Made by a program: the position numbers and the translations under genes. A stretch of DNA of 64,000 bases from Lama glama (Eukaryota), in NCBI GenBank assembly GCA_028534125.1, contig CM052816.1, forward strand, positions 30,444,001-30,508,000, given 5' to 3'. This document shows positions 37,601 to 49,830 of the stretch, one piece after another. The notes under the pieces were generated by a model that saw nothing but the letters and a program-made list of their open reading frames with translations, searched no databases and was not told the origin of the DNA. The first letter of the stretch is position 1, and the number at the start of each line of letters is the position of its first letter.

Positions 37601-37640
37601 GATGAGCTTCATGTCCTCTTATTCCACCATCTTGATTGAT
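31120..37640 (-). mobile_element. Near full-length degenerate LINE-1 (about 6.5 kb)
   Basis: 3' tail at about 31120-31150. ORF2 peptides 32612..33016 (YIENLK..LLELINE..GYKMNIQK..WKDIPFSWI..AIYRFNALPIKIP), 31714..31920 and 34092..34289. ORF1 region about 35450-36300, GC-rich 5'UTR, and the 5' terminal motif ATCAAGATGGTGG (minus strand, 37624-37636). Confidence 0.96.
31556..31601. repeat. (CA)n microsatellite, about 22 units
   Basis: Uninterrupted CA run within the L1 3'UTR. Confidence 0.97.
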
Positions 37641-37859
37641 CAACTATATCTCCTTGAATGTTTCTATAAAATGCAACACATCTCACTTTAAAAAAGTCAC
37701 AGTTACATGTATATATTACTACAATGATAATACTCTAAGTGAATTAATAGGACTCATCTCTACACCTGTCCTCTGGATCTTAACCTCTTACAGATTCTCT
37801 GTGAATTATTACTTTTTCTCCAACTTCTCTGTCTACTGATGTTTACATTCTTTACCTTA

Positions 37860-38870
37860 TTTTAAATAAATTAATTCATCCCTCAGCATAGTCATCTTTT
37901 CATATTTTTATCCAAAATTTTAAGAGTAATTGTTACTCTTGATCTACCTACCTTATTTCTCTCACTGTTTCACTGATATAACTCTCAATGAGGTCACCAA
38001 TGACCCTTTATATTCTGAACTTAAAGGACTTTTAAACCCAGTATTATCTTCTGCATAACAGTTAACATTGATGACCATTTGTCTCTTCTTAAGATACTAT
38101 TTCCTTGATGTCTTTGACACTACCATCATCATGTTTTCTCCCATCTCTGTGATTGCTCCTTCTTAAGCCTCTCTTTATTCACATCAGATTCTTTAATTTT
38201 TTTCTTTCTAGACAATCCCTTTTCACACCAATGGCAAAAATTCCTCTTTGAGTCAGAAATCCCTGTTGAGTTCAAAACCTTTTTTACCTACTTTCCTGTT
38301 AGATATCTCCACCTTTCTCGTATTGAAACTGTCATTTTCCTCTTGTCCATTTGCGACCAACCTATTCTATCCTTTGTTTCCAGTTTCAATGAGTATCGAC
38401 ATGTTCATTTGTCCAAGAATAACCAGGAATCAAGTTTGATTCTTGTGTCTCTGTTAACATCTCCCAAGTTCAATCATTCACCAAGAGTTTTTTTTCCCCC
38501 ACTCCTTTATACTCACCCAATCCTGTCCACTTATTTCCAATTTCACTGTTCCAGCCCTAGCTTAGGTAGTCATAACTTGATATCTCTTACCCTATCCCTC
38601 TGACTCTTCTGTTGACCACTCCAATCTATTCTTTATATTCCAGTCAGAATGATTTTTTCTAAAATGCTAATCTGACTATGCTATCCTCATTTGTAAAAAT
38701 CTTCCATAACACCTATGCCCTGTTTGGACTTAGGATCTTTCACATTTTCTGCTTCCTAGAGCTCTTTTGTACCTGCTCACTTTCCATGGACTGTAGACTT
38801 TGCACAGGTGCCATTCAAATTCCTTTTCTATCATCACTGGAAAACACCAGCTCACAGCTCAAGTCGCTGT
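37860..38870 (+). mobile_element. L2 remnant
   Basis: 'aggtcaccaatgaccc', 'ttaacattgatgaccattt' and 'cagtcagaatgattttttctaaaatgctaatctga' are typical L2 sense motifs. Confidence 0.7.
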
Positions 38871-39959
38871 GATAAATGGCAGAGGGCTAGATCACCTTTT
38901 TTTCATAGACTGCTTTTCTGTGACATGCTGGGCAAACCTCAAGCTACACCACATTTAAAATGAGACCAAAATCATTTGAACTTTGGCAAAACATCTCTTA
39001 AGAGTCCTACCTGCTAACTTTAGAGTGCCATTAATTTTGATTAAATACTGCTTTTGAACCTGCAACCTTCTGTTATTCTCTGTGAGGCAGCTCTTGACTA
39101 CATTTTGCTGAATGATAGCAGCGTGTGCCACACTAGACTTTTCTTTGCCTTGTTTCTCTTTACAGACTAAAGCTGGTCTGTTTCTGGAGGTTACCTGTCC
39201 ATTGACAGGATACATTAGGACCCTAGGATGATGTCAATCCATTCTCTTTATCCTTCTCCAAGTAGGAATGTATGGACTCATTTTTACTTGCAGTGAGAAT
39301 CACCAAATGATGACTATTTTGGAGGGGGGCTACGTAATCTGATCTTTAAAAGGCAAATCTGTGTGTTTATATTTTTCAGATTTGTATAGTTGCAGTTGAG
39401 TGTGTGGTGGCAAGCTAAAAACATATCTTTTAAGACTGATTTTTTGTTTACTCTTAAAACTCAGGGTTTTTAAATCAGTGTTTTTAAACAATTCTAGTTA
39501 CACTCCAGTGCAATAGCAAAGCCCAAGGAAAAGCTCAAAACAACTCAGCTTTCACTTATTGATTTACAAATTAAGTAGCTGATCCTATAAACAATGCATA
39601 GAGCCATGGTGTGACTCAGATATCGCTAAGCTTTAACTTTTGCTTTTAATAGCCTGGTATAATGATATTCTGCTAGTTTTTAGTGTTAAAAATGTTTTAG
39701 AAGTCATTTCTCCTCACTATGGAAAGTAGAAAATACCAAAAAAAAATTAACTAATATTGAAATTTTACATACGCTATGTGTTAAGAGTAAGGCCTGTTAA
39801 CTTTTTTAGTGCTATCTTTTAGTTATATACAGTTTCTGTCACATAATATGTATTCCATAAGTATAATAAATAGTTGATGAATAAATGGAGCAATGTATAT
39901 AAGTAAAAAAAAAATAGTACTTTCTCATGTCTTAAAGTAGTCCCTTAATATGACATCAA

Positions 39960-41170
39960 CAAAAGTATACTGTCCATTATATAAGCAATCATTTTCTATA
40001 GGCAACATTTTTTCTATGATTAGGCATCCAAATAATTCCTTATTATAAATAAATGCAAATATGAAATACCTTGAGTAAACATTTTACCTGCACTTTTTAA
40101 TAATGATTTCCTTGTCTGATATGTGTTATTTATATCTTTTAAAAAGTTGTTGATAAATATTATCAAATTGCTCTTCAGAATGACTGTATTTAATTCATAC
40201 TGCCAGCAAAATTGCTGAGAATATGTTGCATAGTACCATTGTTACATTAAACTTTATTGTTTTAAAATGTGAATTTCATAGTAAAGTCATTTTTCATTAT
40301 TTCAATTAAAATTTTTTTTTAGTAATAAGGCTAAACAGTTTCCTTTTACCAGCAGTTTTATTTTTTGTGGGTTTTCTATGTGAACCTATTGACAAGATTT
40401 TTTTTCTAACATTTACTGAACACTCTTTTGAAAGCTTTACATGTATTGATTTAGTTGATCTTCACAACAATAATGCACTACTCCTACAATGCCCATTTTA
40501 TAGATGAAGAAAATAGATAGCTGGGATAATTTCTGATGTTATCTAATAAGACATAATAAGATATTTTTCTTACTGATTTGTATAAACTCTTTACATATTA
40601 AAAATGTTAGCCAGATAGATGAATGCATGACAAATGATTGCATGTTATACAAATTATCTTTTGCTAGTTTTATCAATACATTTATTTTGTAAATTCAATC
40701 ATTATACCATCAAGTTCATTGAAAGGTTAAGTTTATACAGTTATTGATTTGTATATTATCCCAGTATTTTTGTTTTGTTTTATTTTGTTTCTTTGCTGCT
40801 TTTGTTTATAAGTCTTATCCATTTGGAAATAATGTATTATGTTAAAAGAGAATCTCACTCTATTGACTCTTAATAGCAAATTCTCTACTGATTTGTGATG
40901 ATTCCATGAAGTATACTGAATATATGTACATCTCCATCTTCAATCCGATAAAAAAATTCTTTTTTCTCTTATCATATATGATCCATTATGAAGGATCTCA
41001 ATATATACTATGCTTTCTTACACAATAGTATAAATATGTACCTAATATTTAACATTTATTTGTTTCATTTGAAACTTTTTAGTTGGTATTACTTGAGTAA
41101 TTCCAAAAAAAAGTCAATATATGATATATATATCTTTTATGGACATGATTTATTCTTTAATTTGTTATAG
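39960..41170 (-). mobile_element. Ancient L1 (L1ME-like) remnant containing a MIR fragment (about 40405-40520)
   Basis: 'tgataaatattatcaaattgctcttcagaatgactgtatttaattcatactgccagca' is L1ME-like. 'cccattttatagatgaagaaa' is the MIR core. Confidence 0.6.
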
Positions 41171-41519
41171 CTCTTTCATGCTTCAGTTCTGTCTTACTAA
41201 GCCAAGTCAACATTTATTATACTGCCAGCATCTAAGTGAATGTGAGGATGCATGGGGTTGTGAAAATTTTACATGGCAAATAGGATGTCACTAAAGGTAA
41301 TATTCTTGCAAATTTCAAGACATTTAAAAATGCCTTCCAGTGTTATTTAATTGGGTTTATTTGATCAGTAGCTATCTGAAAGTTCTGAATCGTGCTGTTA
41401 TTGTGACTGTTCACAGTATTTCTCACTGACGCTGTGTAAATGACGCTCATTATAGCTCAACTAGGATGGACTAGGATCATACGTAGTGTTTTTCATGCAA
41501 TAAGGATGAAAAGTGCTTC

Positions 41520-41750
41520 ATTTATTGTCTGCTTCATGCTAGATATTATGTTAATTATGCTTGGTTTTTTATACATAAACTTACATCGCTTTCATGAGCT
41601 TCATTTTTTCATAACTGCTGTGAAACCTAGATATATTGGTAGATGAAGAAACTGAAATTCATAGAGGTCAAATCACTGTTTGCAGGTCCCACAGCTAATA
41701 AGTGCTCAAGCCAGCATTTGAACATACGTGTCTGAATCTTTTCTCTGTGC
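41520..41750 (-). mobile_element. MIR SINE
   Basis: 'agatgaagaaactgaaattcatagaggtcaaatcact...ggtcccacagctaataagtg...atttgaac'. Confidence 0.8.
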
Positions 41751-44621
41751 CTAATGGAATATTTAAATAAACTGTTGGTGTCTTCTTAGACTCTCTGGTT
41801 AGTTTCATTAGTATTTATGAATTATTAAATCACTCTCTAAGATGAAAATAACATGAAGCCTGAAGACGTTCCCATGTGAAAAGGTACTTAGTTTTCTTTT
41901 TTGCTTTTTTTCAACATGTCTAATAAAAGCATAGACACCATGAATCAAATGGGAGTTACCCATGCTAACTTTCAGCAATTCCTCTAAAACATTCTCCAAT
42001 TTGCTTTATTCTCCCTTGGTGATAAAGATTTAACCTGACAGAATGCCACCAGAACAAACAACAATTCAGTGATGTTTACATGAAATGACTTGCATACCTA
42101 GGTTGCCCTGGTCTTAGATGACTAATGAAAGAGGACCTTTCATAACAAAACTATTGGGAGAGAATTTGTAATCTATATTATTGAGGTGGTTTAGTGTTTT
42201 TAACACAAATGACCTAACCCAATAGAAATTAAATATCTGTGGTGAGTTGATTGTTTGGTGTCTCTCAAGTTATAAAGTTAAGGAACATGTATTTTTGAAC
42301 ACTGTACTGTTTTTGTTAATTTTTACAAATTACATAAAAACATAGTTTACTCTGATATCATTTTATTCTTACTTCCTTTCATTGTGTATACTTTCTAAAT
42401 GATGGAGAGGTTATACATGGAATATAAAAAATGTATTTACTGTGGATATAGATGTTGTGTGTGGTTGTGTGTATGTGTATGTGTCTCCTCAGTAGTGGTG
42501 ATCCAAATAACAGTATGGGTCTTGGACCGTCTTTTTCATACTTATCTTCTATTTTGCCCTAATTCATATAGGTGAGGCAATCACATATGGTACTGTGAGC
42601 TCTTGGCTTGAATGAAGGAAGCAAGACAGTTTATCTCAGCAAAAAAACACTGAAGTGGAAATTTCAACGTTGTTTTCTTACATGGTACCAGAAAGAATCA
42701 TTTCAGGTGATCTCAGATTAAGTGGGTAATCACTTCCAAACTATCATGATTCTCACACAGTGGAAACATTTGACTTAATGCACTGTTGGAGTCCATCAGC
42801 ACAGTACAGTATTTGTTTGAGGTGACTTCTAGAGTAACATTCCTCTTCCTACATTTTCTAGTAGTCGCTGTCAAACCTCACATTCTCCATTGATGTTTGA
42901 TTTTTGTTAGGGATGCATAGGAGGCTTGAATAGAAAAAACTAAAAACTACTCACATAAACGGTGCCTTATACACAAAGAACTTTCAAGGTGGGCTGGCTG
43001 GAGATGCTTGTCATATTTCAAAATACAGTAATCTACAACTAAATGAAGCACCTGTATTTGAATACTTAGCCTCAAAGACCGTCTTTCTTCCTTCAATTTT
43101 TTTTCCTCTCTTTAAGTCCTTTTGAGTGTTCTTATTTTGGGAAGGAATTAGAGGAGATTTCTGGGAAGGTGCCCAAGAGAAAATGTCTGCACAACAATGT
43201 GGCTACTAGTAATGAAAATTTGGCATCTCCCAGTGAGATGCTCTGTAATATGCAGAACACGGAAGTCTTTCCAGAGGAGCTTGTGCTTTATCAACACAAG
43301 ATAGTTTCCGTGTTTTGCGATTTTAAACAGCACTTAAAATGGAAACATTTTCATTGCCATTCTTTGCATTTTATTTTGGTGCATCTTAAATAGTGTGATT
43401 TACGATATGCAACACAATTCTGCAAGGTAATTATGTTTACATGGTACATATACGAGCTCCTGGTTTAGTTGTCTGGCACAGAATTCACGTATATGCTCAA
43501 TTGTTTGTGATGTGGAGAATCAGAGACGTCTTACTTACCCTTTGAAAGCTGACAGGCGTGTTGGTGCCTCTCACCTGTGTGCTGCACAGGCACCCTCTGA
43601 ACACCGGAAGCGTGATTACATGCACAAAGGCTCCCTTTCAGTGTTTTGTTTTGTCCTGTTTTGTTTTAGATCTGGGGCTGAGGAACCTGTTGTTGCTTGC
43701 AGTGATGCCCCATCACTTCCTCAATGACTCAGCAGTACTGCACAGCATGAGGTACTGTGACTTTTTTTGTTCTTCTCACATGTTGGAACGTAAGATGGCT
43801 TTTCTGGAGAGAGACTGCGTTATTCAATCCCAAGCCCTCAAGTGCTTTTGAAATGCTACCATTGTTGGTCCTTGGGAGAGGAAAAGGACAACCACAGGCA
43901 CCGTCCCCCAGGGAACTTCTTGTTGCCCCGCTGTCCCTCTTTAGGTGAATGTGCTGATGACTTTTCTTTAAGAGCAGAAGTCGGGAAGGCCATTAATGGT
44001 CTAAGATGTCAGGATTAGAAGTGTTGTGAAAACATTGTATCTGCTTAATTCTGACTTTTTTGGGTCACAGAACCATGAAGAAGACAGAATGGGCCACTTC
44101 TTCTGTATAGTCTGATTTATGATGATCATGACAGAAAAATTCTGTGGAAGCTCAAAAAGCAAACACTACATCATCATTAGGCTGAAAATACTAAAGGAGG
44201 GTTTGCAGAAGAACACTGCACCTCACATACAGAGATGGTTGTGACAGGGCAGAGAAGTAGGAAAAAAACTACTCCAGACAGGAATAGGAGCAGGAACAAA
44301 AGCCTTGATTGTTGGAATGAACATGATACGACTGGAAGGTGTGGAGATGGATTACCTGCAATAGAAGGTGATTCCACAGGAGTCATGGAGGTCATAGGCA
44401 AAGCAGGTCCTGATAATGGAATATGGGCTGGGGGTACAGGATTGGATGTTGGAAAAGTTCAATGTGTTAAGAGAAATCTCTTCACAGACTTCTGAATGGG
44501 GAAGCAGTACTCCTAAGCAGTGTTCCTGCCTCTCTTGGTCACTTGAAAGTTAGGTGGAAGTTTCTTGGAGAAGTATCTGGACACAAGAAAAAGTAAGATA
44601 TATTTGGGTTCATAAACACAT

Positions 44622-44766
44622 TTGATTGTTTGTTTGTCTGTTTTGACAGGGGAGGTAATTAGGTGTATTTATTTATTTATTTATTTAGAGGAGGTGCTGG
44701 GGATTGAACCCAAGACCTCATGCATGCTAAGCATGCACTCTATCACTTGAATTATACCCTCCTTCA
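44622..44766 (-). mobile_element. tRNA-derived SINE, camelid Vic-1-like
   Basis: Minus strand reads GGAGGGTATAATTCAAGTGATAGAGTGCATGCTTAGCATGCATGAGGTCTTGGGTTCAATCCCCAGCACCTCC (A/B-box tRNA head), then (TAAA)n and CCTAATTACCTCCCC plus an A-rich tail. Degenerate TSD 44606-44621 / 44767-44782 (12 of 16 match). Confidence 0.88.
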
Positions 44767-45297
44767 GGCTTCATACATGCATAGCTATAAGGTCTATCTC
44801 AGGTCAGATAGCTTTTGAATAGTAGGCGCATGTGGCATAAACCCTTGGTCAGAAACACTGTAAATGTTGAAGTATTCAAGGGGCAAGTACGTAAAACCAT
44901 GACTCTGGGCTGGACATTCAAATAAACTGAGCCACTAGATGTGTGCAAAGTTAAAGGAAAAGGTGATAAAGGAGAAAACAGGAAGAACAAGGTACTATTT
45001 TATAAAGATCTAGTTCAGACATGAAGATAGGGATAGAGGAAGGAAAACCCAAGCACAGCAAATGGAGTAAGCATATTTTGGGTCCTTGAAGACAAGCACT
45101 CTAGCTTATTCCTCTTTGAAAATCACAAATAATGCTTTGAACCTTGAAGTCACTCTGTTTCATACTTGTGAATGGTAAATAAATGAATGAAAGAAGCCTT
45201 GTCATTAGTAACTGATGAAAGTAGAATTCAAACAAAAGTGGCTGCCAGGTGCTGAGATGGAATGACTAAAGAATAGGAAGTATTTGAAATGGAGTAG

Positions 45298-45772
45298 TGT
45301 GGTGGGAAGAATAATGATCTTCAGAGTCGTCTGTTTACTTGTCCTGGAACCTCTGAATATGTCACTGTGTATGGCAAGAGAGGATTAAGGCTGCATGTGG
45401 AATTTAGGTTGCTAATCCGCTGGCTGTAAAATAGGGAGTTTCTTTTGGAGAATCTTGGTTGGCCCAAAGTACTCACAAGTGTCCTTATAATGTGGTAGAG
45501 AGAAGCAGTTTCCATGTCAGTGATGCCGTGTAAGACAGACATGACTGGCTGTTACTGGCTTTGAAAATGGAAAGAGGCCATGAGCCAAGAAGTGTGTGCA
45601 GTTTCTAGAAGCTGCAAATAGTAAAGAAACAAGTTCTACCCTAAAGCCTCAAGAAGTGAACCAGCCCTGCTGACATGTTGGTTTTAGCCCAGGGAGACCC
45701 CTTTCAGACTTCTGACCTTTAAAATTATAAGGGAATACACTTTATATGTTACAGTAGCAACAGGAGACTAAT
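45298..45772 (+). mobile_element. ERVL-MaLR solo LTR (MLT1D/E-like)
   Basis: 'tgtggtgggaagaataatg...ggaacctctgaatatgtcac...ggttgctaatc...ttacagtagcaacaggagactaat'. Confidence 0.85.
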
Positions 45773-46562
45773 TGAAGTTGTCAGGGGAAGATGTGTCAGG
45801 ATTTAGTAGTGGTATTTAGAATAATGACTGTTGTGATCATCCAGCTGGAGAGTCTTGGGGAAATTGCTTAAATTCTTTGGGTGTGAGTTTCCTTACTAAT
45901 TATTCCCTTGGCATCCAGCAAGACCTGTTCTTGGTTATATTGTTGCCTCTCTAACTGGTCTTTCCCTGGCTTCTCCTTTCTATCTCTTGGCTACTCTTAA
46001 GTTGCTCATGGTCCTCAGCTTTCTGACTTCCTCATTTCTGATGTCCTTTTTAATAATTTGACTCTTATACTCTGGTAGTTCCAGGTGGTACATGTTTTCC
46101 TAAATGAGAAGCACATTTATCTACTCCACACACAATCTTTTTTCAAATTAACTTCTGTGTTTCCAAATGACTCTCTAGCTCCATTAGAAGCTCAGTTTGT
46201 CTGTAAAATAATTTACCTTGTTTTTCTTTCCCCCCAAATTCCTTTTAAACATTTAAATTCCATTTAAACAATTAAATGCCTTTTAAGCATCTAAAACATC
46301 AATGCTTTAATCTTTTGGATAGTTAGATTGCATACATCTATTCTTTTCTCATCCTCCTCACTGAGAAGAAGAGAGCTGGAAAGAAAATTAACATTTATTA
46401 AACACTCAATATATGTCAGATATTGAAACAGATTTTTTTCTTATACTTGAAATGGGGATTTTTTTAAAATGTTAAACTCATTTACCAAGCTTCACTGTGC
46501 TTTTCCAAGCATTTAAGCGACATTATTCATCATTTCTGGAGGAGAGAAGATGCCACGTAGAA

Positions 46563-46782
46563 TAGGGATTGGCAAACTTTTATCTGTAGAGGACCAATTA
46601 AGCTTTTTAAGACAAATATCATCTCTTTCTCATATTCTTCTTTGGTTTTTTGGTTTCTTTGGGCATTTTTTTAACAACACCTTTTAAATTAAAATCTATT
46701 CTTAGCTCATGGACCATTCAAAACTAGACTTGAGTTGGCCCACAGATGGGATTTGGCTTGCTCACTATAGTTTGCCACCTCC
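46563..46782. mobile_element. MER58-like hAT MITE
   Basis: Degenerate TIRs 'tagggattggcaaact' ... 'agtttgccacctcc'. Confidence 0.7.
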
Positions 46783-47618
46783 AATGAATAGGGCGTTGCT
46801 GAATTTTATCACAGTGACAAAATACCCTTTGCAACTCAGACTTGGTTGAGAAATAAGAGTGTTTTTTTCCCCTTCTAAATTATAAAGACTTCATTTCATT
46901 TATCGAGAATTGGTTCTGGTGAAATAGATTGTTTTTACTATTAGCTATAGCATAGAAAAACAGGTTTAAGAGATATTCCTAAAAGACAAGAAGGGGAAGT
47001 AGAAAGACCTTCTGGAGCTGAGAGGTGAAGCCACAGGAAAGGAAAGAAATACAAATGCAAGGAGTTGGACATAAGGCTCTCTTCCTTTTTTTTTTTTTTT
47101 TAAATTTCAGCTGGAATCACAAGGGTAGGGGTGACAGAAACATCTAGAAAGACTTGGAGGGGAAGATTTCAGAAGACAGAGTTGATATAGTCTCCCAATA
47201 GTCCAAGAAGATTACAGCTCATTAAAGAGATACCTTATCCCAAAATATTTATCCCAAGAGGTACCTCGTCATCCTAAAAGTTCTAAAAATGCTGTAGAGC
47301 AACTTAGGCAGAAGGTGACAGGAGATATGGCCTGAGATACCCTTTCTGACATATGCAGCTGCTGAGAGTCTTGTAGGAGATTTACAAGGACCCTCATGTC
47401 CTGGAGGTAAGAAGCTAAAGTACTGAAAGAATTGATAAGTAAGAAGAGGCCTGGTGTTTGAGACAAGGGGGCTTCAAAGCATCATAACAGTGGAATCTGT
47501 AAGGGATTATGGACTTCAAAAGCAGACATAATTTTGATGCCCTGATAGACAAATTTAGCAATAGGGCATCCAGGGACCAGGCCAGAGTGACTGTCTCCCA
47601 GTGAGTATCCATAGAACA

Positions 47619-48165
47619 GTGTGGTGGACATGACTACTTCTCAAGATTCAGCCAAGCATTATAAAGGAATACACACGGCCCCAATTTTCTAATACTCCTT
47701 TCACCCTAAGGTGAGGATTATATCACCCTCTCCTTGAATCAGGTCAGATTCTGTGAATGCTTTGACCAACATAACGTGATGGAAATAACACTGTGCTAGT
47801 GTTCATACCCAGGCCTTCCGGGGCAGGCAGATTTTTCTTCCTGTCTCTTGAAACGCTTACTCTTGGGACACACCCTCTGGAAATCTCCATGTTTTGAGAA
47901 GCCCAGGCTACAAGGGGAAGGTAATCCAGGCACCCAGGTCAACAGGCTTAGCTGAGCTGTCACTCAAGAAGAGCCTTCATCCAGTGATGTGAGAGAGCCA
48001 GATAGGGTAGGATGTCTAACCCAGTCAATCCCTTAGAGACACCTGTAACCTCAGCTGATTTCTGATTGCTTCTGTATAAGAAACCTCAAGTGATAACCCT
48101 CCACCAGAGCCTAGCTAGTCCACAGAGCCATATGAGACAGTACAATACAATAGATAATTGAAAGA
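47619..48165 (+). mobile_element. ERVL-MaLR solo LTR (MLT1G/H-like)
   Basis: 'tgtggtgga...ctccttgaatcagg...tgctttgaccaac...tagataattgaaa'. Confidence 0.7.
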
Positions 48166-48352
48166 CAGACCAAGAACACTTCATCACTACATAGAGAAGA
48201 GCTCTCCAGTTGAATCACCCATATCAGGAGTAGAATTTTTTTGAGTGAGAAATAGCCTTTCATATATTAAGCCATTTAGATTTCAGAGTTTATTTTCCTA
48301 CAGCCAAACATATGTTTTCTCAAAAAAAAAAAAAAAAGTAGGTTTTCGAGCT

Positions 48353-49830
48353 CAGCAGTTATCAAAGTATGGTCTGCGGAACGGGGAGTCCCTGAGATCC
48401 TTTTAGGCAATCTACAAGGTCAAAACTATTTTTATATAATTCTAAGATACATTTTGATGCTTACATCAGTGCAAAGGTGCAGATGGTCAAAAATGCTGGT
48501 GCATTAGCATGAATCAAGCCTGTGGCACCAGACCTAAACTCCATGAATATTTTGTGTTACATGACAAAAGGGACTTTACAAATATAATTAAAGTTATCGA
48601 CCTTAAGATAGGGAGATTATCCTGGATTTTCCTAGTGGGGCCAATCTAATCACACAAACCTTTCATGCAGGGAAATTTTTCTACCTAGAAGCAAAAGAGA
48701 TGTGGCAGAAGAGGAGGTCAGAGGGATTCAAAGTATGAGTATATGACAGGCAGTGCATGTTTGAAGATGGGGAGAGCAGAATGGCTAGCAGTGCAGGTGT
48801 CCTGAAGGAGATGACAGCCTTCCTGGCTGACAGGCTATAAGGAGCCAGGGATGACAGGCCTATAGTCACATGGAACTAAATTCTGCCAACAGCTTGACCT
48901 GAATGATCCTGGGATCTGATTCTCCCCAAAGAGTCCAGAGAAAAGACCAGACTGACCAGTACCTTGAACCAGCTAAGTCCAAGTGGCCTTGTAAACTGTA
49001 CAACTGTAAGGTCATAAACTGGTGATAATTTATTATGACAACAATAGAAAACTACACACATCTGAAAAAACTTATTTGCTACCTTAAGTTTGGTCAGTGG
49101 TGATATTAATGAATACTTTTGACCTTGTGTAATGAGTGTGTTTATCATGTGGAAGATCTGCATAATTCATTTAACCAGTATTTTTCAAGAGATGTTACAA
49201 AACTGTGATTGAGTGGAAGAGCTATTCAAATTGCAAGATAAATTTGATACAAGAAGAGCACAAAATATTCATTGATAGGGTTTCAGATCACTTAAGGTAC
49301 TGCTTTCTTTTAAGATGCTGCCACTTGAGTTGGGTTTTGTTACAAAATCAAAGAATGTCCACAATTACACAAAAAGGCTGTTGGAATACTCCTTCCTTTT
49401 CCAACAAAATATGTGTATGAGGCTGGATTTTCTTCAAATATTTCAACTAAAACAACATACCTCAGCAGATTGAGGGATTTATAGGAATCCCAGTATCTTC
49501 TATTAAGCCAGACATCCAGACATTAAAGAGATTTGCAAAATGTAAAGAGATGCCATTCTTATCACTAATATTTTTTGAAAATATAGTCATTTTTTTCATA
49601 AGAATATTACATGTGTTATCTATAAAGAGTATTTACTCTTATTTTAAAAATAATGTACATTTAACATTTTTTTCTGTTTTTAAGTCTAATTTGGTAAATA
49701 TCAAAAGATGACCCATATAAACATATAAATAGTATAAACCACATAAATAAAAACCTTTTTTTTTTGTTTGTTTCTTAACAGTTTTTAATGTGAAAGGGAT
49801 CCTGAGAAAAAAATGTTTGAGAAACAATAC
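48353..49830. mobile_element. Charlie1-like hAT transposon remnant, split by an MLT1 LTR
   Basis: Left end 'cagcagttatcaaagtatggtc...gtccctgagatcc...ggtcaaaactattttt'. Right end 'gggatcctgagaaaaaaatgtttgagaaacaat'. Internal 'gaggctggattttcttca...tctattaagccagacat'. Confidence 0.8.
48530..49060 (+). mobile_element. MLT1E-like LTR nested in Charlie1
   Basis: 'ttacatgacaaaagggacttt...ccttaagatagggagattatcctggatt...caatagaaaactacaca'. Confidence 0.85.

Noticed and set aside
31100..37665. TSD for the near full-length L1
   Set aside because: Only weak similarity between the flanks ('ctagtatttttctttg' vs 'ctatatctccttg'), too poor to call.
44690..44762. tRNA gene
   Set aside because: The tRNA-like head is followed by a SINE body, an A-rich tail and a degenerate TSD, and the stems are degraded.
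47085..47130. Microexon after a poly-T tract (TTTCAG|CTGGAATCACAAGG|GTAGGG)
   Set aside because: It is 14 nt (frame-shifting) with a weak donor, and lies in what looks like decayed LTR-like sequence.
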